Source: Eubacteriales bacterium (GTDB lineage Bacteria; Bacillota; Clostridia; Oscillospirales; CAG-272). From it: 57,913 nucleotides of DNA. The notes under the pieces are model-generated. The model saw nothing but the letters and a program-made list of their open reading frames with translations, was not told where the DNA came from and did no database searches. Each line of letters begins with the position of its first letter. Within the stretch, counting starts at the first letter, position 1. A program made the position numbers and the translations under genes. Location: positions 1-57,913 of the forward strand of contig JAZNTT010000047.1 in assembly GCA_045591885.1 (NCBI GenBank), in the 5' to 3' direction. This document shows, piece by piece, positions 51,138-57,913 of this stretch.

Positions 51138-52643
51138 ATGAATATGAATTACGATCCTATCAAGGACATTCAGAAAAAGCGCCGCTTTAAGTACGGCACC
51201 TTTGCAGTCGCCCTCACGGTGACTGTCATCGCTCTCGTTGTCGTTATCAACGCGATCTTCACCGCCCTTTGCGTAAGGAACGGCTGGTATATTGATATGA
51301 CCGAGCGCGATCTCTATACGCCCGATCCGAACGCCATGGAGCTGCTTGAGCAGTACAGAGGAAGCGAGGAGTTCAACGTCGAATTTATCTTCTGTATGCC
51401 GGAGGATAAGCTCGTAAAGCATGATCTCTGCAATATGGTAAATAACGTATTGAAGCGCTACGATGAGGAATACGATTTCATCAGCGTAAAATACGTTGAC
51501 ATCAATAAAAATCCTCAGCTTCTCGATAAGTATCTTAACAATACCGCCGCATCTCCGAGCAAAACGAGTGTTATCGTGACTAACGGCAGAAATTCGATAG
51601 TCTACTCGATCGACACCTTCTTCGTAAGCAGTGACGGAAACGCGGATACCTTTTACGCGATCAACGCCGATCAGAAGATAGTATCGGCGGTAATGCGTCT
51701 TTCGGGAGACAATCCGATCGCATATTTTGTCACGAACCACGGCGAGGCGGTAGAGGGTACAGCGCTTCGTGAGCTTTTTGTTGACGCAGGCTATAACGTA
51801 AAGAATATCGACCTGACAGCAGAGGAGCTTGATCCCTCGGCAAAGGTCGTGGTCATCAATAACCCCAAGACCGATTTCTGGGGTGCGGGTCAGGCGGTAA
51901 ACGAAATAAAGAAGCTTGACAATCTCCTCGACGGCTCGGCGGGACTTATGGTGTTCCTTGACGAAACGGCAAACGAGCTTCCTGTTCTTGAGGACTTCCT
52001 TGAGCATTGGGGAGTAAGATATGAACGCCAGAGCGTCCGCGATTATGAAAGCAGCGTTCCGGGCAGCGACGGAAAGATAATATACGCGAAGTATGTAACG
52101 GAGGGTACCGCCGCAGCTATCACAAAGTCGCTTCGGAATAGTTCAAGCCCTCAGAAGCCGGTCATCACTAACTGCCGTCCGATAACTCTGCTCTACGATG
52201 AAAAGTATTTCAGTAATAACGGCGCCTCGCGTATCGCATCGAGCGTTCTCGTTACGACAAGCAACGCCGAAGCGTATCCTCTTGAAGAGGGCGGCGAATC
52301 GAGCAAGGGTATTATGAATGTTCTTACCCTTACCGTTCAGAACAAAATGAAGGACAACGTTCAGCAGCAGTCCTTCCTGCTTGCGGGCGGAACAAATGCG
52401 TTCTCCGACAGCCAATATATAAACGGAAGCTCCTATGCAAATAAGGATATCCTTTACAACGCAATGAAGATATTTGCGAAGAAGAACGTACCTGTCGGAA
52501 TGACCGCAAAGGTGTTCAGCGACGATTCCCTTACGATAACCGCTGAGGAAGCAAACAGATGGACGGTTATATGTACGGTAGTATTCCCCGCAATCATTGC
52601 GGTGGTTGGTATCGTGGTATACGCAAGGAGACGCTACCTATGA
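51138..52643 (+). CDS. GldG-like ABC-transporter auxiliary protein
   Basis: An N-terminal TM segment, a large extracytoplasmic domain and a C-terminal TM anchor (VVFPAIIAVVGIVVYARRRYL). The position after the ABC-2 ATPase and permease matches GldA/F/G-type systems. Confidence 0.7.
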   Translation: MNMNYDPIKDIQKKRRFKYGTFAVALTVTVIALVVVINAIFTALCVRNGWYIDMTERDLYTPDPNAMELLEQYRGSEEFNVEFIFCMPEDKLVKHDLCNMVNNVLKRYDEEYDFISVKYVDINKNPQLLDKYLNNTAASPSKTSVIVTNGRNSIVYSIDTFFVSSDGNADTFYAINADQKIVSAVMRLSGDNPIAYFVTNHGEAVEGTALRELFVDAGYNVKNIDLTAEELDPSAKVVVINNPKTDFWGAGQAVNEIKKLDNLLDGSAGLMVFLDETANELPVLEDFLEHWGVRYERQSVRDYESSVPGSDGKIIYAKYVTEGTAAAITKSLRNSSSPQKPVITNCRPITLLYDEKYFSNNGASRIASSVLVTTSNAEAYPLEEGGESSKGIMNVLTLTVQNKMKDNVQQQSFLLAGGTNAFSDSQYINGSSYANKDILYNAMKIFAKKNVPVGMTAKVFSDDSLTITAEEANRWTVICTVVFPAIIAVVGIVVYARRRYL

Positions 52644-54187
52644 TAAAAAGGCAAACTATCATCGCGGCAATATGCGCCGTCCTTGCAATTGCTCTCGGAA
52701 TCGTGTATTTCGTGACGGTGAAGCCGATGCTGATACCCGAGGAGGAAAAGGTAACGCCGATTGAGCTTATCGATCCCCTCGAGGTTCGCACCTATGATCA
52801 GGAAAGAGTATATCTCTTCCCGCCTCTTGAAAGAGCGAGAATAAAAAAGATAGAGGTTCATAATAAGAACGGCGGGTACACCTTCTATAAAGCGAAGAAC
52901 GATACCTTCTATATCGAGGGAATGACGCAGGCGCCCTATAACCTTATGGCACTTACCTACCTCATTACAACAACAGGCTCAGGAATTGCATCGGAAAGAT
53001 ACCTTATTGATGATAATACCGACCTTTCGGTATACGGCCTTGCCGCGTCCGATGACCCGGCATACTTCATTATAACCGATGATAATGACGTGTCGCACAG
53101 AGTCTGGGTGGGAAACAAAGCTCCGACGGGCGATGGTTATTACTGCCAGTATGATGAAAGAAAAGCGGTGTATCTTATAAAAACCGCGGGCTTCGATGTG
53201 CTTCTTTCCGACGTTTACGGAATCATGACTCCGACTCTCGGACTTCCAATACCGGAAAACGCATATTCGCAGGTATCCCTTATGGGAGCGATAAAGAACG
53301 GAGTTCCGCTCTTTGAGATCAAAACCCTGTCTCCCGAGGAAAACGGAAGCGATAAGACCGAGAAGCCGACGTATAGCTACGAGTTCACCTTTAAGGCACT
53401 TAAGGCGTTTAATCCGAACGTGTCGATGCGCGACTACGTATTGAGTCTCCTTTCGGGGCTTTCCGGAAAGCGTGTTGTTGCGCACGGGGACGAAATAACC
53501 GAGGAATCTCTTAAAACCAAATACGGTATTGATATAGGCAATCCTTATTACTGTATCTACTATAAGTATACGGAAGATGCGTATATCTTCCTTTCCTCGC
53601 CCGACAAGGACGGTAACTGCTATGCGTATTCGACGGTGTATAATACCGTAACGACGATATCGCTGTCATCAATGCCCGTCTACTATTTCGGCGTGCACGA
53701 TTTTGTCGAATCGAATATTGTAAACACTATTATTTCGAATGTCAGCAAGGTTGAGGTTAAGGGCTCGATACCCGACGAGGGAATCGAGGTTGATTCCGCT
53801 TACGGAATCGAGACCACGTTTATCGAGAACTCCGAGCAGACGGTGCAGTCGGTATGGAACATCAAGACCAATAAGCACTTCTCGGACGACGAGGTCAGAA
53901 ACTTCAAGCAGATATACGGAGATATGGTCCGCCTTTATATTGAGGGCGAGGTCAATGTCAGCAAGATAGAGGAGTCGGAGCATATCGCAACGGCAACCAT
54001 AACGCTTACCGACGGAACCGTAAAGAGATACGATTTCTATGCGTATAACAACACACGTTGCTATTTTACGGTAAACGGTGCTCTTCATGAAAACTATTCC
54101 TTCTACGTTAACAGGGATAATGTTGAAAAGCTGATCCGCGATACCTATCGCTTCGATCTCGGCTACACGATCGACCCGAACGTATGA
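52640..54187 (+). CDS. DUF4340-like membrane-anchored extracytoplasmic protein
   Basis: ATGA overlap with the upstream gene. An N-terminal TM segment (IIAAICAVLAIALGIVYFV), then a ~490-aa beta-rich ectodomain. The DUF4340 name is from recollection of GldG-neighbouring genes. Confidence 0.6.
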   Translation: MIKRQTIIAAICAVLAIALGIVYFVTVKPMLIPEEEKVTPIELIDPLEVRTYDQERVYLFPPLERARIKKIEVHNKNGGYTFYKAKNDTFYIEGMTQAPYNLMALTYLITTTGSGIASERYLIDDNTDLSVYGLAASDDPAYFIITDDNDVSHRVWVGNKAPTGDGYYCQYDERKAVYLIKTAGFDVLLSDVYGIMTPTLGLPIPENAYSQVSLMGAIKNGVPLFEIKTLSPEENGSDKTEKPTYSYEFTFKALKAFNPNVSMRDYVLSLLSGLSGKRVVAHGDEITEESLKTKYGIDIGNPYYCIYYKYTEDAYIFLSSPDKDGNCYAYSTVYNTVTTISLSSMPVYYFGVHDFVESNIVNTIISNVSKVEVKGSIPDEGIEVDSAYGIETTFIENSEQTVQSVWNIKTNKHFSDDEVRNFKQIYGDMVRLYIEGEVNVSKIEESEHIATATITLTDGTVKRYDFYAYNNTRCYFTVNGALHENYSFYVNRDNVEKLIRDTYRFDLGYTIDPNV

Positions 54188-54245
54188 TTTTTCAAGAATA
54201 AGGGCTACCGCTTAAGCGATAGCCCTTATAATGAAAGGCAAGAAA

Positions 54246-55229
54246 ATGAAAAAGATAATTTCTGTGCTTATGGCAGTTGTCATGCTGTCAACGATCCTCA
54301 TGTCCTGCGGAGATAAGGTAGCAAGGCTTCCGAAGGCGGAAAACGGCAAAACGGTGTTTACCCTCGGGGGCAAGAAGATAAATTACGATTATGTAAGATA
54401 CGTCTACCTTAACACAAAGGCGGATATGGAATACGGAGAGGACGAGGGCTATTGGGAGAATAATCCCGATGCTCTTAACGAGCTGAAGCGGGCTACTCTT
54501 GATACAATAGCTCATAACCGCGCGATCGAAATGCTCGCAGAGCGTTATAAAATAACTCTGACAGACGAGGAGAAAAACTCAGTAGGCGATCTTCTGAGCG
54601 ACCTTAAGAAGGACAAGAATGGCTGGGAGGAAGCAAAAAAAGAAAGCTTCCTTACCGATCATGCCTTTGCGTATCTCCAGCGCTTTTCGGTGCTTTGGGG
54701 CAAAATATACGACCATGTAACAGCTCCCGAAAGCGGAATAATCAAGAGTGATGACGAAACCGTATTTGAGGATATCCCCGTCAATTTCAGAAACATAAGA
54801 TATGTGTATATCGAGTACGACGAAACGAATAAGGCGCAAAAGAAGGCTCTTGCCGAGCAGGTGCTTGAAAAGGCAAACGGCGGCGAATCCTTTATTCAGC
54901 TTATAAAGGATTACGGCGAGGACACGACGATGGCTAATTTCATAGACATCGGTTACTATTATACCGTCGGCTCGATAGATCCGACCGTGGAGGCAGCGGC
55001 GGAAAAGCTTGATTTCGGTGAGATAAGCCCGATAATCGACGTAAAGACGGGCTTCTTTATCGTTCAGCGTTACGTGATCGACCTTGAATATGCCGATAAA
55101 AACATCGCAATATTCGTCGATTACTATCTCGGCAGAAAATTCAACGAAATGGTTGCGGAGATCGAGAAAAGCATGGAAATTGAGCTTTCCGATTTCTGGA
55201 ACAATTTAAGGCTTGACGATATATACTAA
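54246..55229 (+). CDS. PrsA/SurA-like parvulin peptidyl-prolyl isomerase lipoprotein
   Basis: Lipobox LMSCG. Parvulin-like C-terminal region ([11 protein letters not shown]...[19 protein letters not shown]). Confidence 0.75.
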   Translation: MKKIISVLMAVVMLSTILMSCGDKVARLPKAENGKTVFTLGGKKINYDYVRYVYLNTKADMEYGEDEGYWENNPDALNELKRATLDTIAHNRAIEMLAERYKITLTDEEKNSVGDLLSDLKKDKNGWEEAKKESFLTDHAFAYLQRFSVLWGKIYDHVTAPESGIIKSDDETVFEDIPVNFRNIRYVYIEYDETNKAQKKALAEQVLEKANGGESFIQLIKDYGEDTTMANFIDIGYYYTVGSIDPTVEAAAEKLDFGEISPIIDVKTGFFIVQRYVIDLEYADKNIAIFVDYYLGRKFNEMVAEIEKSMEIELSDFWNNLRLDDIY

Positions 55230-55251
55230 AATGACATCGGAGGAGAAAATA

Positions 55252-56790
55252 ATGCTCCAAGTGATATACTCGGCAGGGCTTACGGGCGTTGACGGCTTTC
55301 CCGTCACGGTCGAATGTAACTGTGCAAACCGCCTTTCCAAATTCGAGGTGGTCGGACTGCCCGACGCGGCGGTAAAGGAAGCAAGGGAGAGAATAAAGGC
55401 GGCGGTCGAAAACAGCGGCTTTGAATTTCCCGAGGCTGAAATTACCGTAAATATGGCACCCGCCGATAAGAAAAAGCAGGGCTCGGCTTATGACCTTGCA
55501 ATGCTTATCGGAATACTTGCCTCCTGCGGCGCACTCTCGCTCCCAAAGGACATAGCCGATACTTGCTTTATAGGAGAGCTGTCGCTTTCGGGGGAGGTAA
55601 GAGGCGTTAAGGGCGTACTGTGTATGTGCCTTGCCGCGCGGAACGCGGGCAAGAAAAAGGTGTTTGTCCCTTACGAAAACGCAGGCGAAGCATCAGTCAC
55701 TGACGGAATCGAGGTCTACGGCGTAAAAAATGTCCGCGAGCTTATTCTCCACCTTAAAAATGAAGCACCGATCATGCCGACAGTGTTTGATATGAAGCTC
55801 TTTGAAGAGGGAAGCACCAATTTCGGCTTCGATTTTTCCGACGTAAAGGGACAGGAAAAGGCAAAAAGAGCGCTTGAAATTGCCGCCGCAGGCGGTCATA
55901 ACGTGCTGCTCATCGGCCCTCCCGGTACGGGAAAAAGTATGCTGGCGAAGAGAATACCGAGTATTCTCCCGCCGCTCCACTTTGAGGAAGCAATAGAAAC
56001 AACGAAGCTCCATTCCGTCGCGGGAATACTCCCCGAGGGTGTCTCGCTTCTCACAAGCAGACCGTTCCGCTCACCTCATCATACGCTTTCCCCGATCGCA
56101 CTTGCGGGCGGAGGAACTATTCCAATGCCGGGAGAAATATCTCTTTCGCATAACGGTGTTCTCTTTCTCGATGAGCTTCCCGAATACTCGAAGCAGTCTG
56201 CGGAGGTTCTCCGTCAGCCCCTTGAGGACCATAAAATAACGATAACGAGAGCATCGGGAAGAGTAACCTTCCCCTGCTCGTTTATGCTCGTCTGTGCGAT
56301 GAATCCGTGCAGATGCGGCTACTACGGACATCCGACGCGCCAGTGTACCTGCCGTAAAAAGGATATATCCGATTACTTACAGAAAATAAGCGGCCCGCTC
56401 CTTGACAGAATAGACATTCAGATAGAGGTTCCGTCCCTTTCCTACGACGAGCTTGCATCAAGCAAGGCGGAGGAAAGCTCTGAAACTATACGCGCACGCG
56501 TTGTTGAAGCACGCAGACGTGCAGTCAACCGCTTCCGCGCAAACGGAGAGACCACCTTTAGTAACGCGGGAATGGAATCGTCGCAGATAAGAAAATACTG
56601 TCAGCTTTCCGACACCGCGTCGAATCTGCTCAAAAATGCATTTGAAAAAATGGGACTTTCGGGTCGCGGATACGATAGGATCTTGCGCGTGTCGAGAACT
56701 ATTGCCGACCTTGACGGAAGCGAAAACATAGAAGCAAAGCATATAGCAGAGGCAATTCAGCTTCGCTCGCTCGACAGAAAGTATTGGTGA
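55252..56790 (+). CDS. comM: YifB/ComM-family Mg-chelatase-like AAA+ ATPase
   Basis: [21 protein letters not shown]...[16 protein letters not shown]...[20 protein letters not shown]...[10 protein letters not shown]...AMNPCRCGY. Confidence 0.92.
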   Translation: MLQVIYSAGLTGVDGFPVTVECNCANRLSKFEVVGLPDAAVKEARERIKAAVENSGFEFPEAEITVNMAPADKKKQGSAYDLAMLIGILASCGALSLPKDIADTCFIGELSLSGEVRGVKGVLCMCLAARNAGKKKVFVPYENAGEASVTDGIEVYGVKNVRELILHLKNEAPIMPTVFDMKLFEEGSTNFGFDFSDVKGQEKAKRALEIAAAGGHNVLLIGPPGTGKSMLAKRIPSILPPLHFEEAIETTKLHSVAGILPEGVSLLTSRPFRSPHHTLSPIALAGGGTIPMPGEISLSHNGVLFLDELPEYSKQSAEVLRQPLEDHKITITRASGRVTFPCSFMLVCAMNPCRCGYYGHPTRQCTCRKKDISDYLQKISGPLLDRIDIQIEVPSLSYDELASSKAEESSETIRARVVEARRRAVNRFRANGETTFSNAGMESSQIRKYCQLSDTASNLLKNAFEKMGLSGRGYDRILRVSRTIADLDGSENIEAKHIAEAIQLRSLDRKYW

Positions 56791-56795
56791 GCGAA

Positions 56796-57913
56796 ATGCT
56801 GAAAAAGAATACGTATTACACCGTCACCGTCACCGATATGAACGACCTCGGCTACGGGGTCGCAAGGGTAGAGGGGATAGTCACGTTTGTTGACGGCGGA
56901 GTGACGGGCGACGAGCTGGAAATTAAAATTATAAAGGCGGCAAAGGATTACGCCGTATCAAGAATTGAAAAGATATTGACCCCCTCACCCCACCGCGTGT
57001 CTCCCGATTGCACGGTTTTTCCGCGTTGCGGCGGATGCTCCTTCCGACATATCAGCCGTGAATACGAGCTTGAGCTGAAGAGAAGCATCGTGGTATCGGC
57101 TTTCCGTAAAAACGGCATCGATGCCAAGGTCGGAAAGGTGCTGACCGACGAAAGAGTCAGCGGTTATCGCAATAAGGCGCAGTATCCGATAGACGAAAAC
57201 GGAAATATCGGCTATTTCGCGCGCCATTCTCACACCGTCATTCCCTGCGAAAAATGCGAACTCACCGCTCCCGAGCTGTCCGAGATCGCATCGTTCGTAT
57301 CGGACTATATAAGGAGCAAAAAATGGTCGGTCAAGCATATATATCTGCGAATTGCCGAGAAAACAGGGCAGATAATGACCTGCCTCGTCACGCCGAACGA
57401 ATCGCTTGACGGCGAAAAGGAGTTTGCGGAAGTGTTGACAACACGCTTCCCAAACGTAGTCAGTGTACTTCTAAATATACACCCCGAAGAAACGAACGTC
57501 ATACTCGGCAAAAAGATAAAGGTGCTGTACGGTGCCGACAGGATAGAGGATATCCTATGCGATTGCCGATTCGGCATATCGTCGCTGTCGTTCTATCAGG
57601 TCAACCGCTCCTGCGCCGAGCTTCTGTATAACGAGGCAATAAAGCGCGCAGGCGATGCAAAGAAGGCCGCAGACCTGTATTGCGGCGCGGGAACTATCGG
57701 AATTTCCTTTGCGAAATCCCGCCCCGACGCATCAGTCCTCGGTATCGAAATAATCCCGCAGGCGGTCGAAAACGCGAAGGCGAACGCCGAACTCAACGGC
57801 ATAGAAAACGCAGAATTTATCTGCGCCGACGCGATGACCTTCGAGATAGACGATTTCGACTGTGTGTTCATCGACCCGCCGCGTAAGGGTATGTCGGCTG
57901 AGCTGACCGATAA
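56796..57913 (+). CDS. rlmD: 23S rRNA (uracil-5)-methyltransferase RlmD/RumA family; the 3' end lies beyond the window
   Basis: Not in the ORF track because the frame is open to the window end. Translation reads MLKKNTYYTVTVTDMNDLGYGVARVEG (TRAM domain), CGGCSFRH (Fe-S Cys cluster), FYQVN, and DLYCGAGTIGISFA (SAM motif). Confidence 0.88.
   Translation, partial: MLKKNTYYTVTVTDMNDLGYGVARVEGIVTFVDGGVTGDELEIKIIKAAKDYAVSRIEKILTPSPHRVSPDCTVFPRCGGCSFRHISREYELELKRSIVVSAFRKNGIDAKVGKVLTDERVSGYRNKAQYPIDENGNIGYFARHSHTVIPCEKCELTAPELSEIASFVSDYIRSKKWSVKHIYLRIAEKTGQIMTCLVTPNESLDGEKEFAEVLTTRFPNVVSVLLNIHPEETNVILGKKIKVLYGADRIEDILCDCRFGISSLSFYQVNRSCAELLYNEAIKRAGDAKKAADLYCGAGTIGISFAKSRPDASVLGIEIIPQAVENAKANAELNGIENAEFICADAMTFEIDDFDCVFIDPPRKGMSAELTD

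Noticed and set aside
41372-57913. Hypothesis that the DNA to the right of the sigma-gene breakpoint is a skin-like intervening element
   Set aside because: The 16.5 kb to the right contains metY, metA, GH2, MFS, rnfCD-like, an ABC system, prsA-like, comM and rlmD. It holds no recombinase and no phage or conjugation genes, and no sigma 5' fragment is visible in any frame of this window. A distant 5' half outside the window cannot be excluded.
1-57913. Scan for CRISPR arrays, IS/transposase genes, integrases, toxin-antitoxin pairs, restriction-modification or other recognisable defence genes
   Set aside because: I saw no regularly spaced direct repeats and no ORF with recombinase, nuclease-defence or TA signatures. 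The only repeats are the tRNA 3'-end duplicate, the short intergenic motif pair and a 45-nt coding tandem repeat.

Overview
Densely coded 57.9-kb chromosomal segment. Gene content (spoIIE, a SigG/F-type sigma remnant, Feo, MetY/MetA, many sugar and peptide ABC importers, GH2 enzymes) suggests a Clostridia-type Firmicute; that taxon call is an inference. I see no rRNA, CRISPR array, transposase, integrase or phage genes. There is one tRNA, tRNA-Leu(CAG). Left to right: dinB (partial, with LexA boxes), a dtxR-gtrA pair divergent from feoA-feoB and a small Cys-rich gene, glyA, a DEDDh exonuclease, a PRT-like gene, murI, and a yfbR-like HD nucleotidase. Next comes a 12-kb atypical carbohydrate ABC locus (10127-22373), then tRNA-Leu with a duplicated 3' end. 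After that: a GPH transporter plus GH2, an Opp-type ABC system with oversized components (27439-36593), DUF3899, a stand-alone E2-like acyltransferase, spoIIE, and a 5'-truncated sporulation-type sigma gene abutting metY-metA. The right end holds a translationally coupled RnfC-like/RnfD-like/MFS/GH2 operon, a GldA/F/G-like ABC system with DUF4340, a PrsA-like lipoprotein, comM/yifB and rlmD (partial). The best candidates for undescribed biology are: (1) the SBP-CBM / 4-permease / NHL-TPR-Yip1 / DUF5696-like locus, (2) the orphan RnfCD-like pair fused in one operon to a transporter and a glycosidase, and (3) the Opp system whose two ATPases carry large helical insertions. All family calls come from reading the translations by eye. 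No database search was run.
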